From assembly GCA_963740315.1 (NCBI GenBank), contig CAVUDP010000002.1, forward strand, positions 2,112,001 to 2,176,000: 64,000 bases of DNA, given 5' to 3'. Within the stretch, counting starts at the first letter, position 1. Each line of letters begins with the position of its first letter. The DNA is from an uncultured cyanobacterium (GTDB lineage Bacteria; Cyanobacteriota; Cyanobacteriia; Cyanobacteriales; Nostocaceae). Below, piece by piece: positions 20,611-31,246 of this stretch. The notes under the pieces were generated by a model. The model saw only the letters and a list, made by a program, of their open reading frames with translations, was not told the origin of the DNA and ran no database searches. The position numbers and the translations under genes are program-made.

Positions 20611-20815
20611 GGTTAGAGGTTAAAGGTTAAAGGTTAAAGGTTAAAGGTAATAATTCTGTTTTTTATCTATATTTATTTTATTGTTTCACTTTACTGTGAA
20701 AAGATATTCAAAAATTGTTACATAAGAAAATCAAAAAATAATTTATCGGTATCTTTTTTTTCAAGTTCTTTTACTATTAAGCGTATAGAACTTTTCACAT
20801 GATTTTAGCCCAAAG

Positions 20816-23800
20816 ATGACCAATCCTATACCTGAATCTAATACAAATCTTAATTCACAAACTAATTCGCAAACTATTTTACAAACCGTTGAAAAACTAC
20901 GTGCTTTTTCTGAAATGGATGTTCGCGAACATTGGCGCTGTTTTTCGGGTGATATTTTGGTGAGTGAGGTTTTCGCGTCGGATTTTTCTGGTTGGGATGC
21001 TACGGAGTTAAACGCGAAAGGACATATTGCTTGGCAAAAGGGCAAAAATGTGCTTTGGTTGGCACAAAAATTAATCGTTCCTTCAGATTTACAAGGTTAT
21101 CCAGTTACAGGTTTGTGTTTGCGATTGGCTTTGGTTTGGTGGGCAGATTCCGCTCAAGTCTATATTAATGGTTCAATGGTAGCTGAGGGAGATTTATTTG
21201 ATTTTTCGCAACGAGTCTTATTAACTCCACGGGTAATTCCGGGAGAAGAATTTATTATTGCTTTGCGTTTGGTAAGCCCCGGACATGATAATGGTGCAAT
21301 AGTAAGTTCAAAGTGCATTTATGAAGCTGTGGGGAATAGGAATAATATTTATCCCGGTTTTGTCGCGTCGGAGTTGGCGATCGCACACCGTTATTGTGAA
21401 GCTTTTGCACCGGATAAGTTGGATTTAGTTGCTGGGTTGGTTAAGGAAGTTGCTGAGGTAATAAACCTTCTAGGCGCAGAGGGCGCTGAGGAAGATAAGA
21501 AAGAGTTTGATAAATCCCTTATTTCTCTTTGCGAAAAGCTGACTCAATCCAAAATCCAAAATCTGAAATCCAAAATCTCTCTTGTTGGTCATGCACATTT
21601 GGATATGGCTTGGTTGTGGCGGGTGAGCGAAACTTGGGAAGCTGCGAAGAATACTTTTGCGTCGGTTTTAAAGCTGCAAGAAGATTTTCCAGAATTGATT
21701 TTTTGTCATTCTACGCCAGCGCTTTATGCTTGGGTGGAAGAAAATTGTCCCGATTTATTTACACAAATAAAAAAAGCTGTAAAAAACAACCTTTGGGAAG
21801 TTATCGGTGCTTTTTGGGTGGAACCGGAATTAAATATAATTTCTGGTGAGTCGATTGTTCGTCAATTATTATACGGTCAGCGCTACGTAAAAGAAAAGTT
21901 TGGCGAATTCTCTACGGTGGCATGGCTTCCGGATAGCTTCGGTTTCTGCTGGACTTTACCTCAATTTATGAAAGATGCAGGAGTGGAATATTTTGTTACT
22001 CAAAAGTTGATTTGGAACGACACTACTAAATTTCCTCACGGTGCTTTTTGGTGGCGATCGCCAGATGGTAGCGAAATATTTAGCTTGATGTCAGCACCAA
22101 TCGGCGAAGGTATTGACCCGGTAAAAATGGTAGAATACGCGATCGCATGGGAAAAACAAACGGGTTTACAAAATTACCTCTGGCTTCCCGGAGTCGGCGA
22201 TCACGGCGGCGGACCCACTCGTGATATGCTCGAAATCGCCCGACGCTGGGAGAATTCATCTGTCTGTCCCGATTTTGAATTCACCACCGTTGAGAAGTAT
22301 TTGCACTCAATTAAGGATGAGGGGACAAGGAGATGGGGAGACAAGGGGATGGGGGGACAAGGAGATGGAGAGATGGGGTTCGGGGGAGATGGGGAGACAA
22401 TCCAAAATCCAAAATCCAAAATCCAAAATTGGAATGACGAACTATATTTAGAATTCCATCGCGGCTGCTATACTAGTCATGGCGACCAAAAGCTTTACAA
22501 TCGTCTTGCTGAAAATTTGCTTTATGAAGCGGAATTATTTGCAAGTTTAGCAACTATTGTCTGTGGTGTAGATTATCCGAAAGCTGAAATTGAAGCGGCT
22601 TGGAAAAAACTTTTATTTAACCAGTTTCACGATATTTTACCTGGTTCCTCGATTCCGGAAGTCTATGAAGATGCAAAACCGGAATGGGAACAGATGCAAA
22701 GTAGTGCTAACAATATTTTACGGCAGTCTCTACAAACTTTAACCGATCGAATCAATTTACCGCGATCGCCACAACCGAATAGTTTACCTGTAGTTGTTTT
22801 CAATTCTCTTAATTGGCAGCGTTCGGAAGTTGTATCTGTTTCTTTACCTTCTACTACACAACAATGGCAAATTCAAGATAGTTCGGGCAATCAAATTACC
22901 TCTCAACTCGATGCCGATTCACAATTATTATTTTTAGCAAATGATATTCCTGCGGTGGGTTATCGCTTGTTTTGGCTTTCCCCCAGTCAAGATGCTCCAC
23001 AGAATCAATCCAAAACTATAGCGCTACAGTATATTTTAGAAAACGAATATTTACGGGTAGAAGTTGACGAAAAAACTGGCGATTTAAGCAGCGTTTTCGA
23101 TAAGTTAAATAATCGCGAAATACTTTGTGCTAGTGGAAATCAACTGCAAGCTTTTACTGATATTGGTCAGTATTGGGATGCATGGAACATCGACCCCAAT
23201 TACGCCGAGAATATTTTACCACCATTTCAACTAAAATCTATTGAATGGCTTGAAGTTGGATCGCTGCAAAATCGCTTGCGAGTAGTGCGTCAGTTGGGGC
23301 GATCGGAGTTTATTCAAGATTATGTTTTGCAAGCTAGTTCGCAAATTTTGAAAATTACCACCAAAGTTAACTGGTTAGAACGTCACGTTTTAGTAAAAGC
23401 CGCTTTCCCATTAAACTTAGAAGCAGACTTTGCAACTTATGAAATTCCCTGCGGTGCAATTCAACGCACCACCAAACCTCAAACCGCAGCAGAAAAAGCT
23501 AAATGGGAAGTTCCCGCATTGCGCTGGGCTGATTTGACGCAAGAAATGGGACAAGGCGATATTGCTAATTCTTACGGTGTAAGTTTATTAAATGATTGCA
23601 AATACGGTTACGATGCTCAACCAAATCAATTACGTTTAAGCTTGTTGAGGAGTCCAGAATGGCCCAATCCCGAAGCTGACAAAGGCAATCATCAATTTAG
23701 TTATGGCTTGTATCCTCATGCGGGAAGTTGGGAGAAAGCGCAGACAGTAAAGCGTGGATATGAATTCAACCAACCTCTAATTGTGTGCCATCCTCAAAAT

Positions 23801-24100
23801 CCCGATGCAGCAATAAAATCACCAACTCAAGCAGTGAAAGACAAAGCCAGTTTTATAGATATATCTGCTCAAAACTTAATTTTAATGGCATTTAAACAAG
23901 CCGAAGACAATCCCCAGCAATGGATTCTGCGTTGTTACGAATGTCATGGAGAAACAGCAGAATTTCAACTCACCAGCGACATCGGCTTAAACGTAACAGA
24001 ATCTGTAGATTTATTAGAACGTCCCCTACCGACATCAGAATTTTCATCAACAAATGCGATCGCGCCGTGGAAAATCGCAAACTTTACAGTAACCAGTTAG
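20816..24100 (+). CDS. Alpha-mannosidase (GH38)
   Basis: GHAHLDMAWLW, AWLPDSFG, GVGDHGGGPT, ELYLEFHRGCYT and NQFHDILPGSSI motifs. Confidence 0.93.
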   Translation: MTNPIPESNTNLNSQTNSQTILQTVEKLRAFSEMDVREHWRCFSGDILVSEVFASDFSGWDATELNAKGHIAWQKGKNVLWLAQKLIVPSDLQGYPVTGLCLRLALVWWADSAQVYINGSMVAEGDLFDFSQRVLLTPRVIPGEEFIIALRLVSPGHDNGAIVSSKCIYEAVGNRNNIYPGFVASELAIAHRYCEAFAPDKLDLVAGLVKEVAEVINLLGAEGAEEDKKEFDKSLISLCEKLTQSKIQNLKSKISLVGHAHLDMAWLWRVSETWEAAKNTFASVLKLQEDFPELIFCHSTPALYAWVEENCPDLFTQIKKAVKNNLWEVIGAFWVEPELNIISGESIVRQLLYGQRYVKEKFGEFSTVAWLPDSFGFCWTLPQFMKDAGVEYFVTQKLIWNDTTKFPHGAFWWRSPDGSEIFSLMSAPIGEGIDPVKMVEYAIAWEKQTGLQNYLWLPGVGDHGGGPTRDMLEIARRWENSSVCPDFEFTTVEKYLHSIKDEGTRRWGDKGMGGQGDGEMGFGGDGETIQNPKSKIQNWNDELYLEFHRGCYTSHGDQKLYNRLAENLLYEAELFASLATIVCGVDYPKAEIEAAWKKLLFNQFHDILPGSSIPEVYEDAKPEWEQMQSSANNILRQSLQTLTDRINLPRSPQPNSLPVVVFNSLNWQRSEVVSVSLPSTTQQWQIQDSSGNQITSQLDADSQLLFLANDIPAVGYRLFWLSPSQDAPQNQSKTIALQYILENEYLRVEVDEKTGDLSSVFDKLNNREILCASGNQLQAFTDIGQYWDAWNIDPNYAENILPPFQLKSIEWLEVGSLQNRLRVVRQLGRSEFIQDYVLQASSQILKITTKVNWLERHVLVKAAFPLNLEADFATYEIPCGAIQRTTKPQTAAEKAKWEVPALRWADLTQEMGQGDIANSYGVSLLNDCKYGYDAQPNQLRLSLLRSPEWPNPEADKGNHQFSYGLYPHAGSWEKAQTVKRGYEFNQPLIVCHPQNPDAAIKSPTQAVKDKASFIDISAQNLILMAFKQAEDNPQQWILRCYECHGETAEFQLTSDIGLNVTESVDLLERPLPTSEFSSTNAIAPWKIANFTVTS

Positions 24101-24107
24101 GAGTTAG

Positions 24108-24355
24108 GAGTTAGGAGTACTTCGACAAGTCTTACAGTGAGCTACGTCGAACTGCTCAGTAACCTTATTGAGTTAGGAGTACTTCGACAAGTCTTACAGT
24201 GAGCTACGTCGAACTGCTCAGTAACCTTATTGAGTTAGGAGTACTTCGACAAGTCTTACAGTGAGCTACGTCGAACTGCTCAGTAACCTTATTGAGTTAG
24301 GAGTACTTCGACAAGTCTTACAGTGAGCTACGTCGAACTGCTCAGTAACCTTATT
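24108..24355 (+). repeat. Perfect 62-bp tandem repeat x4 with a TTCGAC...GTCGAA hairpin
   Basis: Unit gagttaggagtacttcgacaagtcttacagtgagctacgtcgaactgctcagtaaccttatt at 24108, 24170, 24232 and 24294. Confidence 0.95.
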
Positions 24356-24457
24356 GAGTTAAGAATTAGGAGTTGATTTTCTTCCCCTTGTCTCCCCATC
24401 TCCCCCTCTTCCCCCTCTTCCCCCTCTCCCCCTCTCCCCCCTCTCCCCCTCTCTTAC

Positions 24458-24589
24458 CTAATCTTCATGGTCTTCAAAAGGGTCGCCAAGTTCTTTACTT
24501 GGAGGACCAAAGGAAGTGTAAACGGACATTACTGTGACTGTAATTAAGACGGCAGCTACAGAAATGCTAAGAACTATTGCGGGTTCCAT
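24458..24589 (-). CDS. psbN: Photosystem II assembly protein PsbN
   Basis: Manual translation MEPAIVLSISVAAVLITVTVMSVYTSFGPPSKELGDPFEDHED; divergent from psbH. Confidence 0.97.
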   Translation of the reverse strand: MEPAIVLSISVAAVLITVTVMSVYTSFGPPSKELGDPFEDHED

Positions 24590-24673
24590 AACGGGTATAT
24601 TTTATGAGTACTATTCTTATACAATATTACAGAAGATTAAAAAATGTTTTGTTAATTAACCTGGAATTGGATT

Positions 24674-24877
24674 ATGGCTCAAAGAACACGTTTGGGAGAT
24701 GTTCTCAGACCCTTAAATGCTGAGTATGGTAAAGTGGCTCCCGGTTGGGGTACTACCCCATTGATGGCTGTTTTCATGGCTTTATTTTTTGTGTTTTTGT
24801 TGATTATTCTGCAACTTTATAACAAATCAATCATGATTGAGGGTATTAATGTGGATTGGCGAAGCTTGGGAATGTAA
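24674..24877 (+). CDS. psbH: Photosystem II reaction centre protein H
   Basis: [31 protein letters not shown]. Confidence 0.98.
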   Translation: MAQRTRLGDVLRPLNAEYGKVAPGWGTTPLMAVFMALFFVFLLIILQLYNKSIMIEGINVDWRSLGM

Positions 24878-24926
24878 GCCCAGGTATTTTCACAAATATT
24901 CCGATATTTTATCTGAAATTAAAGTT

Positions 24927-24951
24927 AAACCCGGATTTGCCGGGTTTTTTT
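24927..24951 (+). terminator. Rho-independent terminator after psbH
   Basis: aaacccgg-atttg-ccgggttt followed by a T run. Confidence 0.75.
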
Positions 24952-25066
24952 GGGTTTGAAGAAATGGAGGGAGTAGGGTGAGGGGGAAGAGGGGGGAGAT
25001 GGGGAGATGGGGAGATGGGGAGAGATTATTTTCTCATAACTCATAACTCATAACTCATAATTCCTA

Positions 25067-25339
25067 AAGGTTACTGAGCAGTTCGACGTAGCTCACTGTA
25101 AGACTTGTCGAAGTACTCATAACTCATAATTCCTAACTCAATAAGGTTACTGAGCAGTTCGACGTAGCTCACTGTAAGACTTGTCGAAGTACTCCTAACT
25201 CATAATTCCTAAAGGTTACTGAGCAGTTCGACGTAGCTCACTGTAAGACTTGTCGAAGTACTCATAACTCATAATTCCTAACTCAATAAGGTTACTGAGC
25301 AGTTCGACGTAGCTCACTGTAAGACTTGTCGAAGTACTC
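25067..25339 (-). repeat. Inverted array of 4 copies of the same 52-bp core
   Basis: aaggttactgagcagttcgacgtagctcactgtaagacttgtcgaagtactc at about 25067, 25143, 25212 and 25288, separated by taactca/taattcc heptamer linkers. Confidence 0.95.
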
Positions 25340-25456
25340 CCTACTCCCTACTCCCTACTCCCTACTCCCTATCTTTCTTAAAAGTATTTTCTTGAGCGAT
25401 AAATCGCTAAACTACAGATGTGGGTTAAGGGTTTTTGAGTTTATAGGAGAAAGCTG

Positions 25457-25708
25457 ATGAATATATTCGGTATCGGTTTACCGGAAATGGCTGTAATTAT
25501 GGCTGTGGCGCTGTTGGTTTTTGGTCCGAAAAAGCTACCGGAAATTGGGCGTAGTATGGGAAAAGCAATTCGCGGTTTTCAAGATGCTTCCCAAGAGTTT
25601 CAAGATGAATTTAAAAAAGAAGCATCACAGTTGGAGGAAGCTGTCAAGACTACAGCCGAACTCGAACCCAAATTAGAAGGCGCGATGGAAAAGAAAGAAG
25701 AAGTATAA
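25457..25708 (+). CDS. tatA: Twin-arginine translocase subunit TatA/E
   Basis: FGIGLPEMAVI..LLVFGPKKLPEIGRSMGKAIRGF. Confidence 0.93.
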   Translation: MNIFGIGLPEMAVIMAVALLVFGPKKLPEIGRSMGKAIRGFQDASQEFQDEFKKEASQLEEAVKTTAELEPKLEGAMEKKEEV

Positions 25709-25801
25709 AGGTTCGTAGTAAGTAGCTTTAGCTTTTAATAAATAGGACTAAAGTCCTTACTACAAACCCGATCGTAGTTAATTAGTTATTTTTTATTCCT
25801 T

Positions 25802-26500
25802 ATGCAAGCTGCTAGTAAAAAAGTTTTATTGATTCCCCAGCTAATTGTTGGTTTGGGAAATCCAGAACCTAAGTACGATCGAACGCGCCACAATATCGGT
25901 TTTGCTGCGATAGATGCTTTATCCAGTTCTTGGCAAGTATCTCTAAGCGAAAATCGTAAGTTTAAAGGTGAGTACGCTGAAACAACTGCACCCGGTGGAA
26001 AAAAAGTATACTTGCTTAAGCCTTTAACTTACATGAATCTTTCGGGACAATCAATAGGTGCGGTGGCTTCTTGGTACAAGTTAAAGCCAGAATCTGTGCT
26101 GGTTATTTATGATGATATGGATTTACCCGTGGGGAGAGTTCGCTTGCGTACCGAAGGTTCTCCTGGCGGACATAATGGTATGAAAAGTACTGTTTCTCAT
26201 CTTAGCTCTAAAAATTTTCCTCGTTTGCGGATTGGGATTGGTAGACCAAAAAATCCAGCAACTACCGAAAATGGTACTGTAAGTCATGTTTTAGGTAAGT
26301 TTTCTCCCGAAGAAAATCAGGTGATGTCTTCCGTTCTTGATTACGTTGTTGAATGTGTCGAATTATGCCTTAAAAAAGGTGTTGAGAAGGCAATGAATGA
26401 TTGTAATCGCAAGAATTTGAACGTACCTAAGTCTAAAGAAGAGAAGGGGGAGAAGGGGAAAGGGGACAAGGTGATGGGGGGAGAGGGGGAGAGGGGGTAG
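25802..26500 (+). CDS. pth: Peptidyl-tRNA hydrolase
   Basis: LIVGLGNPEPKYDRTRHNIGF, KPLTYMNLSG, GGHNGMKS; low-complexity C-terminal tail. Confidence 0.96.
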   Translation: MQAASKKVLLIPQLIVGLGNPEPKYDRTRHNIGFAAIDALSSSWQVSLSENRKFKGEYAETTAPGGKKVYLLKPLTYMNLSGQSIGAVASWYKLKPESVLVIYDDMDLPVGRVRLRTEGSPGGHNGMKSTVSHLSSKNFPRLRIGIGRPKNPATTENGTVSHVLGKFSPEENQVMSSVLDYVVECVELCLKKGVEKAMNDCNRKNLNVPKSKEEKGEKGKGDKVMGGEGERG

Positions 26501-26580
26501 AGGGGGTAGAGGGGGTAGAAAAAATTTCTTACTCTTAACTCTTAACTCTTCATTTCTAACTTTTAACTTCTTATATAAAC

Positions 26581-26615
26581 AAACAACCACCGCAGAATTA
26601 GCGATGGTTGTTTTC
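26581..26615. terminator. Putative bidirectional hairpin between convergent pth and rpsU
   Basis: aaacaacca...tggttgtttt inverted repeat. Confidence 0.5.
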
Positions 26616-26823
26616 AAAATTAATTAGCTGATGGGCAGTTAATTTTGAAAACCTGCCTTATTCAACTCTATTTGGGGAAAATCATTAGTACTTTACATTT
26701 ACAAAAGTCCTTTTTCCACGTCTTATTGTTTAGATATATTGTGAGTGTACGCCGAAAACAGCGATCGCGTATATTCAGTAGCGATATTCAAACGTTTGCA
26801 ACCGTAAAAATTCTTATTCCTAC

Positions 26824-27003
26824 TTACTTGAAACGTCGATTTCGTCTTGCTGCTATTGCTTTACGCTTTCGTTTCTCCTGTGGGGTTTCAAATTGCCGAC
26901 GGCATCTAACATCAGCCAAAATCCCAGCTTTGGAAACTTGACGCTTAAACCGACGTAATGCAGAATCTATTCCTTCGTTTTCGCCTAAAAGCACTTGAGT
27001 CAT
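26824..27003 (-). CDS. rpsU: 30S ribosomal protein S21
   Basis: Manual translation [59 protein letters not shown]. Confidence 0.96.
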   Translation of the reverse strand: MTQVLLGENEGIDSALRRFKRQVSKAGILADVRCRRQFETPQEKRKRKAIAARRNRRFK

Positions 27004-27146
27004 TGTAATCTCTAATTGTCAACAGCTATACTTTTTTTGGTTTAATGTGCTGGTTAGTCGGGATGAAAAAACTCCACAACTTACCATAAATCAAACAAGA
27101 CTTGGAGCCTTGAATATACAAATATTTTACCTTTGAATCGGGTTTT

Positions 27147-28016
27147 CTATGTATCTTGGATCTCATAATCCGAATTTTTTAATGAAAGGGCGAGTTGATA
27201 AAGCTGACGGCGCGGTAAAGAAGTTGATGCAGCTAGCTGACGACTCGCTTGTGAGGGGGATATTCCTTGATTCATGATTGTTTCTAACTCGTGGGTGAGT
27301 TCTTCTTGTGTAAACAGCCGCTGAGTGGGTGAATTACCCGCCACTACTAAAGTATATTCACCTATGGGAACCTTTTGTTCGTAGTAGCTACAAGCACCCG
27401 CAACGGTTCCCCGCCAAAACTCTTCATACATTTTAGTTAACTCTCGCGCTAAGACAATTTGTCTGTCTTCGCCAAATATTTCTTTTATATCTTGTAAAGT
27501 CGATCGCAAACGATGGGGGGATTCGTAGAAAATCAAAGTACGCTCCTCTGACTTTAATTGTTCTAAATGCGATCGCCGTTGTTTTGCTTTAGCGCTCAAG
27601 AATCCTTCAAACACGAATTTCTCGGTAGAAATCCCCGAAGCACTCAAAGCGGTAATTGCTGCAACGGCTCCAGGAATAGGAACCACATTAATTCCAGCTT
27701 CCGCGCAAGCCTTCACCAACTCATAACCGGGATCGGAAATTCCCGGCATTCCAGCGTCAGTTACAAGCGCGATCGCAATTCCTTCGTGCAACTGCTTTAA
27801 TAATTCTGGGATGCGACTGTGGCGATTATGTTCGTGATAACTTATTTGCGGCGTATTAATTTGAAAATGCTTCAAAAGTTTTCCCGTATGGCGCGTATCT
27901 TCAGCAGCAATAAAATCCACCGATTGCAAAATTCGCACGCCTCGGAAAGTCATATCTTCCAAGTTTCCAATCGGCGTGCCAACAATGTAAAGTACACCTG
28001 TCTTATCGGTTTGCAT
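27147..28016 (-). CDS. rsmI: 16S rRNA (cytidine1402-2'-O)-methyltransferase
   Basis: LYIVGTPIGNLEDMTFR, AAEDTRHT, DAGMPGISDPG, FYESPHR, ARELTK. Confidence 0.96.
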   Translation of the reverse strand: MQTDKTGVLYIVGTPIGNLEDMTFRGVRILQSVDFIAAEDTRHTGKLLKHFQINTPQISYHEHNRHSRIPELLKQLHEGIAIALVTDAGMPGISDPGYELVKACAEAGINVVPIPGAVAAITALSASGISTEKFVFEGFLSAKAKQRRSHLEQLKSEERTLIFYESPHRLRSTLQDIKEIFGEDRQIVLARELTKMYEEFWRGTVAGACSYYEQKVPIGEYTLVVAGNSPTQRLFTQEELTHELETIMNQGISPSQASRQLAASTSLPRRQLYQLALSLKNSDYEIQDT

Positions 28017-28137
28017 TTATCAATTATCAATGAACAATTATCAATTATCAATTATCAATTAGGAGTGGAGAGAGCGGGAAGATTTTTAATCTAAAATTAT
28101 TGACGTATAACTCATAACCTTTAACCTATTTAATATT

Positions 28138-29022
28138 ATGACAAATCAAAAATCTTTCAATGGTTTATTTGTGGGTTTAGTAACGCTAGATTTGATTTAT
28201 CTTGCCCAATCTCCTCCGAAAAATAATCAGAAACTAGTTGCACAAGACTATACTGTTGCGGCAGGTGGTCCGGTAACAAATGCTGCTGTGGCTTTTAGCT
28301 ATTTGGGTAATAACGCTAAGATATTAGGTGCAGTTGGTTGTCACCCAATGACGCAATTAATAAAGAGCGATTTAGCGAATTATCAAATAGAAATAATCGA
28401 CTTTAACCCTACCACAGAAAACCCGCCGCCAGTATCTTCAATTATTGTTAGCAGTACGGGAGAACGTGCTGTTATCTCTATAAATGCCGTCAAAAACCAA
28501 GCTAATATCGACGCTATTTCAGCAGATATTTTGCAAGACATAGATATTGTACTAGTTGATGGACATCAAATGAAATTGGGATGTGCGATCGCATCACTTG
28601 CCAAAGCGGAAAATATACCAGTAGTTATCGACGGTGGCAGTTGGAAACCTGGATTTGAAAAGCTTTTACCTTTCGCTGATTATGCCATTTGTTCGGCTAA
28701 TTTTTATCCCCCCAATCATACCACCGAAGAAGTTTTTACTTATCTCAATCAAATTGGTATTCCTCATATCGCCATAACTCACGGAGAAAAACCCATCCAA
28801 TATTTATCTCAAAATTTATCTCAAAATCAAATTAATATTCTAGAAGTTCCAAAAATTCAAGCTGCTGATACACTAGGGGCTGGAGATATTTTTCACGGTG
28901 CTTTTTGTAACTATGTGTTGCAAGAAGAATTTACCACCGCTCTGGAAAAATCAGCGAAAATTGCAGCTTTATCCTGTCAATCTTTTGGCACTCGCCGTTG
29001 GATGGAAGAAGTTAAAAGTTAG
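28138..29022 (+). CDS. PfkB family carbohydrate kinase
   Basis: AAGGPVTNAAVA and DTLGAGDIFHGAF signatures. Confidence 0.9.
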   Translation: MTNQKSFNGLFVGLVTLDLIYLAQSPPKNNQKLVAQDYTVAAGGPVTNAAVAFSYLGNNAKILGAVGCHPMTQLIKSDLANYQIEIIDFNPTTENPPPVSSIIVSSTGERAVISINAVKNQANIDAISADILQDIDIVLVDGHQMKLGCAIASLAKAENIPVVIDGGSWKPGFEKLLPFADYAICSANFYPPNHTTEEVFTYLNQIGIPHIAITHGEKPIQYLSQNLSQNQINILEVPKIQAADTLGAGDIFHGAFCNYVLQEEFTTALEKSAKIAALSCQSFGTRRWMEEVKS

Positions 29023-29071
29023 GAGTTATGAGTGAGGAGTTAGGAGTTAAGTAGGTGGATAAAAATATTTA

Positions 29072-29148
29072 TGTCATTGCGAGCGACAGCGAAGCAATCT
29101 CAAAGTGTTGCGGTTGCGTCGTTTCACTCCGTTCCACTCGCAATGACA
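29072..29148. repeat. Palindromic GTCATTGCGAG...CTCGCAATGAC element (REP/MITE-like)
   Basis: Terminal inverted repeat tgtcattgcgag / ctcgcaatgaca. Confidence 0.75.
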
Positions 29149-29241
29149 AATATACAATTAATTTCGTCTAAGTACTTATTTAATTTTGGATTTTAGATTT
29201 CCCAATTCACCATTACCAATTACCAATTCCCAATTCCCAAT

Positions 29242-30099
29242 ATGAAAGATTTACAATCTATTCTAGAATTAATTCGTCCTATAGGTTGGGGTGCATCCGA
29301 TCTTTTGCGCTCTTACTATCAAGGCAATAAACAAGATGATTTAAATATAGAATATAAAGATGATAAAGGTAAAGATCCAGTAACGGCAGCAGATTTAGCT
29401 GTTAGTAATTATATTTTGCAGAAGTTGCGATCGGAATTAGGTGAAGAAGATTTTGGCTATATCAGCGAAGAAACTTATCAGAAGCAAGATGGTAAAAATA
29501 ATTCTGAATGGGTATGGATTATTGACCCTTTAGATGGTACAAAAGATTTTATTAATAAAACTGGTGAATACGCTATTCATATCGCTTTAGTTAGAAATAA
29601 GCGTCCAGAATTAGCATTAGTGGCAATTCCCGAAGCTGAAAAATTATATTATGCTATCCTTGGTGGCGGTACATTTGTCGAAACTCGTAATGGCGATCGC
29701 AAATCCGTGCGCGTTTCCGAGTGCGAAAATTCCCCAGATTTAACTTTAGTTGTAAGTCGCAATCACCGCAATCAAAAATTAAACTATCTTTTAGAAAAAT
29801 TACCTTTCAAAAATCAGAAATCAGTTGGCAGCGTCGGCGGTAAAATTGTTGCAATTATCGAACAGCAAGCAGATATTTATATTTCCCTTTCCGGTAAATC
29901 CGCACCAAAAGATTGGGATATCGCCGCACCAGAATTAATATTAACTGAAGCAGGCGGAAAATACACTCACTTCGACGGAACACCATTACAATACAACACC
30001 GGAGATATCAGTCAATGGGGTGGTTTATTAGCTAGTAATGGTAAATGTCACGAAATGCTTTGTAAACAAGCTGAAATGATTTTAAAAGAATTTGATTAA
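29242..30099 (+). CDS. cysQ: 3'(2'),5'-bisphosphate nucleotidase CysQ / inositol monophosphatase family
   Basis: DPVTAADL, ISEE, WIIDPLDGTKDF, KDWDIAA. Confidence 0.85.
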   Translation: MKDLQSILELIRPIGWGASDLLRSYYQGNKQDDLNIEYKDDKGKDPVTAADLAVSNYILQKLRSELGEEDFGYISEETYQKQDGKNNSEWVWIIDPLDGTKDFINKTGEYAIHIALVRNKRPELALVAIPEAEKLYYAILGGGTFVETRNGDRKSVRVSECENSPDLTLVVSRNHRNQKLNYLLEKLPFKNQKSVGSVGGKIVAIIEQQADIYISLSGKSAPKDWDIAAPELILTEAGGKYTHFDGTPLQYNTGDISQWGGLLASNGKCHEMLCKQAEMILKEFD

Positions 30100-30120
30100 T
30101 TGGGGATTGGGCATGAATGA

Positions 30121-30266
30121 GATGGGGAGAGGGGGAAGAGGGGGAAGAGGGGGAAGAGGGGGTAGAAAATCAACTCCTAACTCCTAACTACTAACTCCTA
30201 ACTACTAACTCCTAACTACTAACTCCTAACTCCTAACTCCTAACTCCTAACTCCTAACTGCTAACT
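30121..30266. repeat. G-rich tract plus (AACTCCT)n STRR
   Basis: ggggaagag and taactcc tandem units. Confidence 0.85.
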
Positions 30267-31196
30267 GATTACCTCAATTGCACTTTTCAAAACTTCAGCA
30301 TGAAATTCCCAAGATAAGTTATCAACGGATAAACTTGGGATTCCTCTAATTCCGTCTATTGCTAAACCTTTATTTATAAGTGTTTCTAAAATATGAAATT
30401 CTGTTTCTGGATTTAACTTTTTGATAATTGCGGCTTTCCAATCGGGACGAAGTAAACAAAGTGCTAGTAATATAGCAGTAGCACCCCAATTAGATACGCC
30501 GCAAACTATTAAATAATCGCACTTAATTTTACAAGCGATTTCTTCTCCATGACGAATGCTAGACGTAACAATTTCTCTTGGAATATTCCCCATTCCTAAT
30601 TCATTTCCACCATCACCAATGCCCACGGAAATGATTTTTTTTGACTCGAATAACAAATGCAAAGGTGCCGTGTAAGCCGTTACATCTTGTCCTCTCATAT
30701 TACGGACAATACCATGTTTATTTGGTCCGGCTCTTTCAATGGAAATTATATGAGATATTGGCGATGCCAGAGATTTCCAAAATTCTAAAAGCGATGTGAC
30801 TGAATGTTGGCGATCGCTAACCGTTACAGCGACTATATCTATAGGTATATCGTGATATCCTGCTGCAATCACTGCTGTTTTTACGGTTTGAAAACACAAG
30901 GAATCAGTTACAATTCTTACTAGTATCCCAACTTCAAACAAACTAGCCGCTAATAACGCACATCCTATTGGACCATCGGTTTCGGGACATGGAGGATTGC
31001 CGTTAGGCATGAAAAACCCTGTAATAATCGCCACATTTGGACAAGGATGTTCCGCAATTGAACGAGATGCCCCTAATAACCCTCCCTTGGCTACTTTTGC
31101 TAAAGAATCAATCCCTCTACCCACATCTCGCGAACAAATACTTTCTAAGCGGGCTATTTTATCTAAATCGCGTTCGGATTGCGGTTTTTTTGTCAT
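30261..31196 (-). CDS. DUF4392 (D-glutamate cyclase C-terminal-like) protein
   Basis: ITGF, ETDGPIG, ISIERAG, RNMRG, GIGDGGNELGMG and GVSNWG motifs. Confidence 0.82.
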   Translation of the reverse strand: MTKKPQSERDLDKIARLESICSRDVGRGIDSLAKVAKGGLLGASRSIAEHPCPNVAIITGFFMPNGNPPCPETDGPIGCALLAASLFEVGILVRIVTDSLCFQTVKTAVIAAGYHDIPIDIVAVTVSDRQHSVTSLLEFWKSLASPISHIISIERAGPNKHGIVRNMRGQDVTAYTAPLHLLFESKKIISVGIGDGGNELGMGNIPREIVTSSIRHGEEIACKIKCDYLIVCGVSNWGATAILLALCLLRPDWKAAIIKKLNPETEFHILETLINKGLAIDGIRGIPSLSVDNLSWEFHAEVLKSAIEVIS

Positions 31197-31246
31197 GAGC
31201 GGGGAAGCAGATACACAAATAATTTTACGGATTCGCTCAAAAATTT

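Noticed and set aside
24108..25339. CRISPR array
   Set aside because: Units are identical with no unique spacers (linkers are heptamer repeats), and there are no cas genes.
26645..26941. 98-aa plus-strand ORF
   Set aside because: Antisense shadow of rpsU.
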